Shown here: in pieces, positions 1 through 10,660 of the stretch
Layout: each line of letters begins with the position of its first letter
Numbering within the stretch: position 1 is the first letter of the stretch
From: Tepidiformaceae bacterium
GTDB taxonomy: Bacteria; Chloroflexota; Dehalococcoidia; Tepidiformales; Tepidiformaceae
Length of the DNA stretch: 64,000 nucleotides
Assembly (NCBI GenBank): GCA_965214395.1
Contig: CBDCBZ010000001.1
Coordinates: 152,171-216,170 of the forward strand
Direction: 5' to 3'
Made by a program: the position numbers and the translations under genes
The notes under the pieces: generated by a model
What the model was told of the DNA's origin: nothing
The model's input: only the letters and a program-made list of their open reading frames with translations
The model's database searches: none

Positions 1-617
1 TGCTGGTGAACAACGCGGGCTACGGGCTCTACGGGCCGCTGGAGGATCTGAGCGAGGACGAGTGCCGGCGGCAGTTCGACACGAATCTGCTGGGGCCGTG
101 GCGGCTGCAGCAGGCCGTGTTGCCGGTGATGCGCGAGCAGGGGTGGGGCAAGGTGGTAAACGTCAGCTCGCTCTCGGGGCAGGTGCCGCGAGCGCTGCGG
201 GGCATGTATGCAGCTTCGAAGCACGCGGTCGAGGCGATGTCGGAGGCACTGGCGGACGAAGTGGCGCCCTTCGGGGTGCAGGTCACGATCCTGCAGCCGG
301 GGCAGTACCGCAGCGACTGGCAGACGCGCGGCCTCGACGTGTGCGAGGCGGTGCGGGCGGGGCGGAGCGCCTACCAGCCGGGGGTGGAGCGCAAGCTGAC
401 GGAATTCCGGGCGGTGGCGGCGACGCGTCCGGGGTCGGACGCGGTGGGGATGGCCATCACAGATGCGGTCCAGCTGCAGCAGCGGGTGCCGGTGCGCTGG
501 CCCCTGGGGGAGGACGCGCTGCGGCTCATCCCCGCGCGCCGGGTCACGCCCGACGACGTCTGGGAGCGGGACCGTCGCGCGGAGGGGTGGGGACTCACCA
601 TGGAGGACATGGCGTAG
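1..617 (+). CDS. short-chain dehydrogenase/reductase (SDR), 5' end outside window
   Basis: The reading frame is open to the window edge (..LVNNAGYG). It carries the SDR NNAG motif and the catalytic YAASK (YxxxK). Stop at 615-617. Confidence 0.85.
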   Translation, partial: LVNNAGYGLYGPLEDLSEDECRRQFDTNLLGPWRLQQAVLPVMREQGWGKVVNVSSLSGQVPRALRGMYAASKHAVEAMSEALADEVAPFGVQVTILQPGQYRSDWQTRGLDVCEAVRAGRSAYQPGVERKLTEFRAVAATRPGSDAVGMAITDAVQLQQRVPVRWPLGEDALRLIPARRVTPDDVWERDRRAEGWGLTMEDMA

Positions 618-621
618 CCGG

Positions 622-1947
622 CTACGGGGCGACGAGGCGGTAGATGCCCTCGTTGTGGAAGCTGATGAGGTAGAGCTCGCCCTGGGAGTCCTCGGCGAAG
701 GAGACAACGGCGTTGGGGCCGCCTGCCCAGAGGAGCACGGGCTCGACGAAGCCACGGGCCGCGGCCGTCTCGGCTTCAATGGCCCAGACGAGGCCGTTGC
801 AGTAGTCGCTGTAGACGTACCAGCCACGAAGGCTGGGGATGGCGTCGCCGCGGTAGACGTAGCCGCCGGTGATCGAGCAGCCGAAGGCGTGCGTGTACTC
901 CCAGACGGGAAGGGTCAGACCGGTGCGGTCACACCCCTGACGCGGGAAGAAACAGCGCGTGCCCTCCATCGTGTTCCAGCCGTAGTTCCCACCCGCCTCG
1001 ACGATGCTGATCTCCTCGACCTCGCCCTGGCCAACGTCGCCGGCCCAGAGCAGGCCGGTCTCCCGGTCGAAGCTCATGCGCCAGGGGTTTCGCAGACCGA
1101 ACGCCCAGGTCTCCGGGCGCACGCCCTCCTGGTCGACGAAGGGGTTGTCGGCAGGGATGGCGTAGGGCTGCCCGGTGGAGGCGTTGCGGACGTCGATGCG
1201 GATCATCGAGCCGAGGAAGGTGCCGAGGTTCTGGCCGTGGCCGTGGGGATCGTTGGCGGCCCCACCATCTCCGTAACCAAGGTAGAGCATCCCGTCGGGG
1301 CCGAAGAGGAGAGTGCCGCCGTTGTGATTGATGTGCGGCTGGCTCAGATCGAAGAGCACGAGTTCGCTCGCGTCGTCGAAGGCGAAGGTTCCGCCCTGTC
1401 CGGTCGTTTCGAAGCGGGAGAGGCGGGTGACGCGCGTGATGGTGTCCGTGCTGTAGTAGACGTACACGTAGCCATTGGCGGCGAACTCGGGGTCGAGGGC
1501 GATGGAGAGGAGCCCCTCCTCGCTGCAGCAGACCGTGCTCTCGCGCTGGTCGTGGACGGTGCTGGGTTCGTCGTAGGGACCGTCCCGGGGCACGGAGAGG
1601 ATGCGCCCCTCCTGCAGGACGATGAGGAAGAGGTCGTGCTCGGGCACATCGATGAGGGCGATGGGCCGCTCCAGCTCCGGGAGGCCGGGAAAGGCGGGGA
1701 CGAGGACGGCGGCGGGGGTTGGCGCCTCGGTGGCGGTCGGAGGTGGGGTGGATGGAGTTTCGGGTGGCGATGTGGCCGTAGGGGTGGGGGAGACGGGAGG
1801 GCGGGTGGGAGTGGCGGTCGGGGTTTCGGGAGCAGCGGTCGGGGTTGACCGGGGCGGCTCGTCCGCCGGGCCGCCGCAGGCAATCAGGAGGGCGCCGGCA
1901 AGGAGACCCGCGGCGAGGGGAAAGAGCCGCCGCGGGCCGGAGCTCAT
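622..1947 (-). CDS. PQQ-dependent sugar (glucose/sorbosone) dehydrogenase-like lipoprotein
   Basis: Lipobox-like N-terminus (LLIACGG) and a ~50-aa Thr/Pro linker. Beta-propeller motifs typical of soluble PQQ sugar dehydrogenases follow (HNGGTLLFGPDGMLYLGYGDGG, DPHGHGQN, GGNYGWN). Confidence 0.8.
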   Translation of the reverse strand: MSSGPRRLFPLAAGLLAGALLIACGGPADEPPRSTPTAAPETPTATPTRPPVSPTPTATSPPETPSTPPPTATEAPTPAAVLVPAFPGLPELERPIALIDVPEHDLFLIVLQEGRILSVPRDGPYDEPSTVHDQRESTVCCSEEGLLSIALDPEFAANGYVYVYYSTDTITRVTRLSRFETTGQGGTFAFDDASELVLFDLSQPHINHNGGTLLFGPDGMLYLGYGDGGAANDPHGHGQNLGTFLGSMIRIDVRNASTGQPYAIPADNPFVDQEGVRPETWAFGLRNPWRMSFDRETGLLWAGDVGQGEVEEISIVEAGGNYGWNTMEGTRCFFPRQGCDRTGLTLPVWEYTHAFGCSITGGYVYRGDAIPSLRGWYVYSDYCNGLVWAIEAETAAARGFVEPVLLWAGGPNAVVSFAEDSQGELYLISFHNEGIYRLVAP

Positions 1948-3119
1948 CCGTCCAGGCGCGTCGCGGCCACGTCGAGGGCCGCGCCGATGTCGGCCTGGAA
2001 GCCGTGCTCGCGCAGGAGGCGTCCCAGGGAGGCGAGGAAGAAGAGCACGTTGCCGGCCGTGGACGACTCGCCCATGAGGCCGACTCGCCAGACGCGGCCG
2101 CCGAGCTCGCCGATGCCGCCGCCAACCTCGATGCCGAAACGCTGGAGCAGGGCGCCGCGGATGTCGGTGTCCGCGATGCCTTCGGGGATCCTGACCGTGG
2201 TGAGGACGGGCAGGCGATAGTCGGCGTCGGCGTGGAGGACGAGGCCCATCGCCTCGAACCCGGCCTGGAGGGCGCGTCCGTGCCGCTCGTGGCGCTCCCA
2301 GCGGTTCTCAAGGCCTTCCTCGAGGACGAGGGCGAGGGCGCGATGGAGGGCGTAGGTCATGGAGATGGGGGAGGTGTGGTGGTAGGCGCGACGGCTGTCC
2401 CAGTAGGCCTCGAGCAGGCCGAGGTCCAGGTACCAGCTGTTGGAAGGCGCCTCGCGGGCCTGGATGGCGCTCCAGGCGGCGGGGGAGAGGGTAACGGGGG
2501 AGGCGCCGGGGGGCGCGGAGAGGCACTTCTGCGTGCCGGAGTAGGCAGCGTCGACACCCCACTCGTCGATCTCGACGGGCACGCCGCCGAGGGAGGTGAC
2601 GCAGTCAAGGAGGAGAAGGGCGCCGTGCGCCTTGCAGAGGGCGGAGATGCCTTCGACGGGCTGGCGGACACCGGTGGAGGTCTCGGCGTGGACGATGGCG
2701 ACGAGCTTCGCCGGTCCGGCGCGCAACTCCCGCTCGATGGCTTCCTCGGGGATGGGGGAGCCCCAGGGGGCGGTCACGATCGTGACCTCGGCGCCGGTGC
2801 GGGCGGCCATCTGGGCGATGCGGTCACCGAAGTAGCCGCAGATGCCGATGATGGCGCGGTCGCCCGGCTGGAGGAGGTTCATGACGGCCGCTTCCATGCC
2901 GCTCGTCCCCGTGCCGGGGGTGGCAAGGGTGACCTCGTTTTCGGTGCGGAAGACCTGCCGCATCATCTGCTGGCATTCGTCCATGATGCGGATGAATTCG
3001 GGGTCGAGGTGGCCGAGGAGGGGCAGGCCCATGGCGGCCAGCACGCTGGTATCGGCGCCGCTGGGGCCGGGGCCCATGAGGACGCGACGGGGCGGATCAA
3101 GGGTTGGAATCTCGCTCAT
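1944..3119 (-). CDS. class V aminotransferase (alanine-glyoxylate / serine-pyruvate type)
   Basis: 391 aa with the PLP-lysine motif SGTQKCL and class V fold-type layout. It overlaps the downstream gene by 4 nt. Confidence 0.85.
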   Translation of the reverse strand: MSEIPTLDPPRRVLMGPGPSGADTSVLAAMGLPLLGHLDPEFIRIMDECQQMMRQVFRTENEVTLATPGTGTSGMEAAVMNLLQPGDRAIIGICGYFGDRIAQMAARTGAEVTIVTAPWGSPIPEEAIERELRAGPAKLVAIVHAETSTGVRQPVEGISALCKAHGALLLLDCVTSLGGVPVEIDEWGVDAAYSGTQKCLSAPPGASPVTLSPAAWSAIQAREAPSNSWYLDLGLLEAYWDSRRAYHHTSPISMTYALHRALALVLEEGLENRWERHERHGRALQAGFEAMGLVLHADADYRLPVLTTVRIPEGIADTDIRGALLQRFGIEVGGGIGELGGRVWRVGLMGESSTAGNVLFFLASLGRLLREHGFQADIGAALDVAATRLDG

Positions 3120-3166
3120 GGGCCAATGCTAACGGCTGACCCCGCTAGGGAACCCTGCCCGTGCCG

Positions 3167-3952
3167 CTAAGGGCCTTCGCTGACGGCGATGAAAACGCCC
3201 CGGCCCGGCTCCTGCTCGACGCCCGCGGTGGGGGCCTGCTCGAAGACGGTGCCCCGGGGGTACTGCTCGTTGCGCCCCTTCACGACGGTAACCACGAACC
3301 CCGCCTCCTCGACGGCGAGGCGGGCGATGTGCTCGGGCTGTCCGATCACGTCGGGGACGACGCCGCGCTGGACGTCGAGGCCGCTGCTCGTGGCGACATC
3401 CTCCGGCTCGCTGGTGGCGGTGGCGCCGGGGGCGGGTGTCGACGCTTCCCCACCCGCGTCGTCGCCGCCGAGGTTGGCGATGACGATGGCGAGCACGACC
3501 ACGAGCGCGGTGACGCCCACGGCAACGGCAACGAGGAGGCCGGTGCGGGCATACGAGAAGGGGCCGGTCCCGATACGGCGGTTGGGGATGGCGACACCGA
3601 TATCGACACCGATCATGGGCTCCTCGGGCACGCGGGAGCCGAACAGGGCGGAGGGGCCGCGGCCGGAGCGACCCTCGCCGGCAGGGGCTCCGGACGGGGA
3701 GGAGGGACCCGGCGAGGGAACGTCCTGGGGGAAGCGGGCGAGCAGAGGGGCGGTATCGAGTCCGAGGTACTGGGAGTAGGAGCGGAGGAATCCGCGCGCG
3801 TAGACGGGCGCGGGGATGATGTCGAAGCGTTCGTCCTCAAGGGATTGGAGGTAGCGGCGGGAGATGCGCGTGTCGCGCTCGGCATCCTCAAGGGTGAGGC
3901 CACGCGCTTCGCGAGCCTCGATCAGCCGCTCACCGATGCCGAGGCCGCTCAT
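3167..3952 (-). CDS. RodZ-like HTH membrane protein with C-terminal PASTA domain
   Basis: N-terminus has an XRE/RodZ-type HTH (IGERLIEAREARGLTLEDAERDTRISRRYLQSLE..PAPVYARGFLRSY). One TM helix (LLVAVAVGVTALVVVLAIVIA) follows. The C-terminal ~65 aa match the PASTA pattern (VVPDVIGQPEHIARLAVEEAGF..GTVFEQAPTAG..VFIAVSEG). Start taken at ATG 3952; the ORF is open to 3982. Confidence 0.7.
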   Translation of the reverse strand: MSGLGIGERLIEAREARGLTLEDAERDTRISRRYLQSLEDERFDIIPAPVYARGFLRSYSQYLGLDTAPLLARFPQDVPSPGPSSPSGAPAGEGRSGRGPSALFGSRVPEEPMIGVDIGVAIPNRRIGTGPFSYARTGLLVAVAVGVTALVVVLAIVIANLGGDDAGGEASTPAPGATATSEPEDVATSSGLDVQRGVVPDVIGQPEHIARLAVEEAGFVVTVVKGRNEQYPRGTVFEQAPTAGVEQEPGRGVFIAVSEGP

Positions 3953-4042
3953 CGCCTCACTCCAGGGAGGGGACGGTAACACTCAGGGGGCAGGGGAGCC
4001 AAACATCGCAAGAGGCCCGCCAACGCGCCGGCCCGGCCAGGC

Positions 4043-4936
4043 TCAGGCGACAGTGAAGGTGTCGATCTGGTGGCGCTTCACCTCGGCCATCACCTTCGCC
4101 CCGACGGCGTCGTCGGGCTCGACGACGGGGAGGCGGGGCGCGCCGATATCGACGCCGAGCTGTCGCAGCACGTAGCGGATGGTGCTGGGGCTGCCGTTGA
4201 GGAAGCAGGCGTCGGTGAGGGGTACGAGGGGACGGTGGATGGCGGCGGCGGCGGCGAGGTCGCCGGCGAGGACGGCGTCGAGCATGGCGCGCTGGCGGCC
4301 GGCGACGATGTGGGCGGTGACGCTGATGGCGCCGTAGGCGCCCATGCACCAGAGGTGGAAGTTGTCGTTGTCGTTGCCGCTCCAGATGCGGAAGTCCGGT
4401 TTGGCCTCCAGCACACGGGCGGCGGCGTGGAGGTCGCCGTTGGCCTCCTTGTTGCCGGCGATGTTGGGTATCTCGGAGAGGCGCAGGAGCGTGTCCACCG
4501 TGAGGTTGACGCCCGTGCGCCCGGGCACGTTGTAGACGATGACGGGCGTGCTGGTGCTCTCGGCGATCTGGCGGAAGTGCTCGATGATGCCGGCCTGGGG
4601 CGGGCGCAGGTAGTAGGGCGCGACGGCGAGGATGGCGTCGACGCCGGCGGCCTCGGCCCGCTTTGCAAGGGCGACGGAGTGGCGGGTGTCGTTGGTGCCG
4701 GCGCCGGCGACAGCGGTGCCGCCATCGCCGAGCTCCTGCTTGATCTCCTCCCAGAGGCGGGCCTTCTCGTCGTCGCTCAGGAGGGGCGACTCGCCGGTGG
4801 TGCCGGTGACGACGACGCCCTCGTTGCCAGCGCGGACAAGGGAGGCGGCGAGGCGGCGGGCGAGGGCGTAGTCGACCTCGCCCTCGGCGGTGTAGGGGGT
4901 GACCATGGCGGTCAAGAGTCGGCCGATCTTGGACAT
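4043..4936 (-). CDS. dapA: 4-hydroxy-tetrahydrodipicolinate synthase
   Basis: MSKIGRLLTAMVTPYT..GVVVTGTTGESPLLSDDEK.. is the typical DapA N-terminus and length. Start chosen at ATG 4936; the ORF is open to 4990. Confidence 0.9.
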   Translation of the reverse strand: MSKIGRLLTAMVTPYTAEGEVDYALARRLAASLVRAGNEGVVVTGTTGESPLLSDDEKARLWEEIKQELGDGGTAVAGAGTNDTRHSVALAKRAEAAGVDAILAVAPYYLRPPQAGIIEHFRQIAESTSTPVIVYNVPGRTGVNLTVDTLLRLSEIPNIAGNKEANGDLHAAARVLEAKPDFRIWSGNDNDNFHLWCMGAYGAISVTAHIVAGRQRAMLDAVLAGDLAAAAAIHRPLVPLTDACFLNGSPSTIRYVLRQLGVDIGAPRLPVVEPDDAVGAKVMAEVKRHQIDTFTVA

Positions 4937-5009
4937 GATGCGCTCCGAAAGGTGGGCGCTCAGTCTATCGCTATCGCGAGGGAGCGGCACTGGCGGCGGG
5001 GCGGGTAGC

Positions 5010-6218
5010 TCAGAAGCGCAGGGGGAGCTGTCCCCACGAACGGAAGTGCTTGCTCAGGAAGCGCCACTGGCGCTCGTCGCCGTAGTGGGAACCGGAGTCG
5101 CGGCCGTAGAGGCGGTCGGGCGGCCCGGCCAGCTTCTGGTAGCGGAAGCGGGCCACTTCCTGACCGTCTTCGAGCATGAATGGCACGTCGTGGGCGCGCA
5201 CTTCGAGGACGGCAGGGAGGCCGTCGGGGACGCTGGCGCCAAAGCCGGGGTCGAAGAAGCCGGCGTAGTGCGTGCGAAGCTCGCCGCTGGTGGGGTCGAA
5301 GGGGACCATCTCGGCGGCCAGCTCGGCGGGGATGGCGATCTGCTCCTGCGAGCGCAGGAGGTAGAACTCCTCCGGTTCGAGGACGAGCCGGTTCGCCGGC
5401 CAGATCGGCTCCCAGAACTCGCGGGGGTCGTGGTCCCGGTGCTCCAGGTCGAGGAGGGCGCTGTTGTTTCGCTTCGCCTTGAAGCCAACGGGCATGGGAC
5501 CGCCGTCGGGGTCCCCGGTGTCGGGCTCCTGGGGCGAGGGGCGGAGCTGGATGCGCACGGTCTCGGGAGCGGACGGGGGGAGGGCGGGGGGACCGTCGCC
5601 GCCGGTGGGGTCTTCGACGATGAAGCGGAGCTGGTTGAGGGCCATGCCCGCGTGCACCTTCACGAGGAAGGAGCGGGAGAACACCTCAAGCCAGAGAGCG
5701 CCCTCGTAGCCGGGGGCGATGTCGTCGAAGCGGTGGGAGTAGTCGGTGACGACGCGGGTGAAGATGTCGACGCGCCCCGTGGAGCTCTTGGGGTTGGTGA
5801 AGGCGCGGACGTTGGCGGGGAGGCGGAGGCCCTCCATGAGGGGGATGAGGTAGGGGCGGTTGGGCTCGAGGATGCCGCCGGAGCGGATGTCGATGCCCTT
5901 GTCGATCTGGAGATCGCCCAGGCGCTCGCGCACGGTCTGGTGGCTGGGCAGGAAGCTGGAGCCGATGCGGTAGGCAGTGGGGCCGAGGAGGAGGTCGAGG
6001 CTGGCGGGCTGGAAGCCGTCCTCGGGGATCTCGACGGCGGAGGTCGTGAGGATGCCGAGGCGTTCCGCCTCGCGCAGGGTCTGGCGGGGAACGACGCCGG
6101 GGGGCAGGTTCCAGGTCTCCGGCCAGACGGGCGTCGCAGGCGGCGGACACCAGGGAGCAGCGGCCTGCTCGCCCCCCATGTGGCCCGCTTCGCGGGAAAT
6201 GCCCACTACCTCAGACAT
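5010..6218 (-). CDS. 2'-deoxycytidine 5'-triphosphate deaminase (long DCD family)
   Basis: ~400 aa. The N-terminal GILT..IPEDGFQPASLDL..G..AYRI and the overall layout resemble the long DCD-type dCTP deaminase family. Start uncertain. Confidence 0.7.
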   Translation of the reverse strand: MSEVVGISREAGHMGGEQAAAPWCPPPATPVWPETWNLPPGVVPRQTLREAERLGILTTSAVEIPEDGFQPASLDLLLGPTAYRIGSSFLPSHQTVRERLGDLQIDKGIDIRSGGILEPNRPYLIPLMEGLRLPANVRAFTNPKSSTGRVDIFTRVVTDYSHRFDDIAPGYEGALWLEVFSRSFLVKVHAGMALNQLRFIVEDPTGGDGPPALPPSAPETVRIQLRPSPQEPDTGDPDGGPMPVGFKAKRNNSALLDLEHRDHDPREFWEPIWPANRLVLEPEEFYLLRSQEQIAIPAELAAEMVPFDPTSGELRTHYAGFFDPGFGASVPDGLPAVLEVRAHDVPFMLEDGQEVARFRYQKLAGPPDRLYGRDSGSHYGDERQWRFLSKHFRSWGQLPLRF

Positions 6219-6302
6219 GCCGGGCGAGTGTACTGGTGCGCCTCGCGATAACGGAGGCGGGAACGCAAAGGTTCCGGGCCCATCGCCGCCGACCCCGCGG
6301 GG

Positions 6303-6641
6303 TCAGCCTCCGGCGGCGGCGCGGCGCTCGCGGGCCTCGATCGAGTAGGGGAGCTCGTTCATGAATTCGAGCTCCTCCTCCTCGAGGCAGTCGCCGAGGC
6401 CCTTCGACCACTCGCTGAACTCCGGATCCTCACGCGCGAGGGCGAGGACGGAGCGAACGGCGTTGGCGTCGGGCATTTCCCAGAGGTCGTAGCAGCGGTT
6501 GAGGCGGCCGATGCTGTTCTGGTAGGCGCCGTGGAGGCGCCAGCCCTTCTTCTCGAGGACGGGCACAAGGTGCGACATGATCTCCTGGAATTCCTGGGTC
6601 TTCCCGTACTTGCACTCCAGACGAACGAGCAGGAAGGGCAT
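6303..6641 (-). CDS. NIPSNAP-domain protein
   Basis: 112 aa dimeric alpha-beta-barrel-like pattern (..YGKTQEFQEI..L..KGWRLHGAYQNSIGRLNRCYDLWEMPD..). GGAGG RBS. It lies 40 nt downstream of the SelW-like gene on the same strand. Confidence 0.6.
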   Translation of the reverse strand: MPFLLVRLECKYGKTQEFQEIMSHLVPVLEKKGWRLHGAYQNSIGRLNRCYDLWEMPDANAVRSVLALAREDPEFSEWSKGLGDCLEEEELEFMNELPYSIEARERRAAAGG

Positions 6642-6681
6642 TGCGACCTCCGGTCGGGCTTTGGCTGTTGGCTGTTGGTGG

Positions 6682-6933
6682 CTAGGAGAGGCGGTCGGCG
6701 ATGGCCTCCTGCAGCTCCTTCATCTCCGGGTAACGACCGGTCGCCTTCTTCGAGTAGACGAGGTCGCCATCGACCTGCACCTCGAAGGCGCCGCCCGCGC
6801 CGGGCACGAGGGTGAGGGAAGCGGTCTGGTCGGCGAACATGGCGAGAAGTTCCTGGGCCGTCCACGCGGCCCGTGCGGTGTAGTTTCAGGGGACGCAGTA
6901 TTCGATCGAGATGGCAAGGCTCTGCTGGACCAT
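6682..6933 (-). CDS. SelW/Rdx-family selenoprotein (CxxU) with in-frame TGA at 6886-6888
   Basis: ATG 6933 with a GGAGGA RBS. Reading TGA as Sec gives MVQQSLAISIEYCVP-U-NYTARAAWTAQELLAMFADQTASLTLVPGAGGAFEVQVDGDLVYSKKATGRYPEMKELQEAIADRLS, the full Rdx/SelW pattern (IEYCxxUNY..RA..EL..GG.FEV.VDG.L.YSKK..GR.PE). Stop TAG 6682-6684. The ORF track shows only the 15-aa tail of ORF 6886..7146. Confidence 0.8.
6855..6872 (-). promoter_or_regulatory. SECIS-like hairpin downstream of the SelW-like UGA
   Basis: On the minus strand, GGGCCG-CGUGGA-CGGCCC (6-bp GC stem, 6-nt loop containing GU) starts 13 nt after the UGA. This spacing is compatible with bacterial SECIS elements. Confidence 0.5.
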
Positions 6934-7005
6934 GGGGAGTTCCTCCAGATCGGGTCTGTTTGATGTGCAGTCAGTGTAGCGCCCCGAAGGGCTGGGGGCG
7001 GGCGC

Positions 7006-7011
7006 TATAAT
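7006..7011 (+). promoter_or_regulatory. candidate -10 box (TATAAT) in the divergent selenoprotein intergenic region
   Basis: Perfect TATAAT 35 nt upstream of ATG 7046. No convincing -35 was seen. Confidence 0.3.
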
Positions 7012-7045
7012 TCGGGCACGGCGGAACTCTGCCGGGAGGCGCCTC

Positions 7046-7564
7046 ATGGCAACGATCCTGGATCCCACGGACGAGCGCGTTCCGGTACGGCGCTCGCTGA
7101 CGCAGCGGCCGGAGGCGATCAGCGGCACGGTCGCGCTGCTGGACATCTCGAAGCCGCGCGGCGACGTGCTGCTCGATCAGCTCGAGGTGCGGCTGCGCGA
7201 GCGGCTTCCCGAGGTCGACGTGCTTCGCTACAGCAAGCCGACCTTCACCAAGCCCGCGCCGGAGGCGCTGCGGCAGGAGCTGGCCAAGGAGGCCGACTTC
7301 GTCGTCGAAGGGTTAGCCGACTGAGGGTCGTGTACGACGTGCAGTGTGCACGACACGACCTGGCTGGAAATCAACGGCATCCCCTCGGTCTTCATTGCTT
7401 CGGACGAGTTCGAAGAGGCGGCGGAAGCGCAGGCTGAGTCGCTCGGATTGCCGGAGGTGCAACGCCTGTTCGTGCCGCACCCCATCCAGGACGCGAACGA
7501 CGATGAGATGCGGTCGAAGGCGGATGCGATCGTGGACGACGTGATCGCGGCGTTGATCGACTAG
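7046..7564 (+). CDS. UGSC-motif selenoprotein with in-frame TGA at 7322-7324
   Basis: Track ORFs 7046..7324 and 7346..7564 are in the same frame and separated only by TGA plus 7 sense codons. The read-through gives ..FVVEGLAD-U-GSCTTCSVHDTTWLEINGIPSVFIASDEFEEAA.. (172 aa). GGGAGG RBS 7 nt before the ATG. Confidence 0.8.
7326..7360 (+). promoter_or_regulatory. SECIS-like extended hairpin immediately after the UGSC UGA
   Basis: GGTCGTGT (7326-7333) pairs perfectly with ACACGACC (7353-7360). An inner stem CGTGCA (7338-7343) pairs with TGCACG (7347-7352), loop GUG, with a 4-nt 5' bulge ACGA. That is 14 bp in total. Confidence 0.6.
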
Positions 7565-7617
7565 AAGCGGGAAACGCGGCGTTCCGCGCCTAGGACGCCG
7601 CGCGATACACTGGACCC

Positions 7618-10233
<2,616 letters not shown>

Positions 10234-10249
10234 CCGGGCCGTCCTCCGC

Positions 10250-10633
10250 GTGAGCGTGCTGGCCGCGCTGGGGCTGGGCGCGGATGGCGTGCGGGCGATG
10301 CTTATCGATCCTCCGGACGACGTACTCGCCGAGGCGGGCGGTCTCGAACCCCGGCCGACGGTGGCGAGCTCGCTGCAGGTGGCGGAACCGGCGCTCCAGA
10401 TCGCGTGGTGGCCGCAGCGGGAGGAGCTGACGGCGGAGAGCGTCAGCAAGCTCGCGTGGATGCTGTCGGTGGTGGAGGGGAGCGAGGGATGGCTTGTCAG
10501 CGACGGGGACGAGGAGAGCCCGACGCGCGAGGAGCTGCGGGCGGCGGTTGAGGGGTTGGCCCTGGCGGTGCAGGGGGAGGCGGATCTCGGGGACGGGAGT
10601 CTCGGCCTGCGACTGGCGCACGGCGAGGGCTAG
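10250..10633 (+). CDS. hypothetical protein
   Basis: 127-aa ORF with a GTG start, lying between secA and cofC on the same strand. No recognisable motif. Confidence 0.35.
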   Translation: MSVLAALGLGADGVRAMLIDPPDDVLAEAGGLEPRPTVASSLQVAEPALQIAWWPQREELTAESVSKLAWMLSVVEGSEGWLVSDGDEESPTREELRAAVEGLALAVQGEADLGDGSLGLRLAHGEG

Positions 10634-10660
10634 CCCGCCGCGCACGGTACGATCGCGGGG

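Noticed and set aside
463-1848. 461-aa plus-strand ORF, with several other 100-460-aa ORFs in 29..2311
   Set aside because: It is antisense or out of frame to the well-supported PQQ-dehydrogenase gene. Its Gly/Ala/Arg/Asp-rich composition is typical of shadow ORFs in high-GC DNA.
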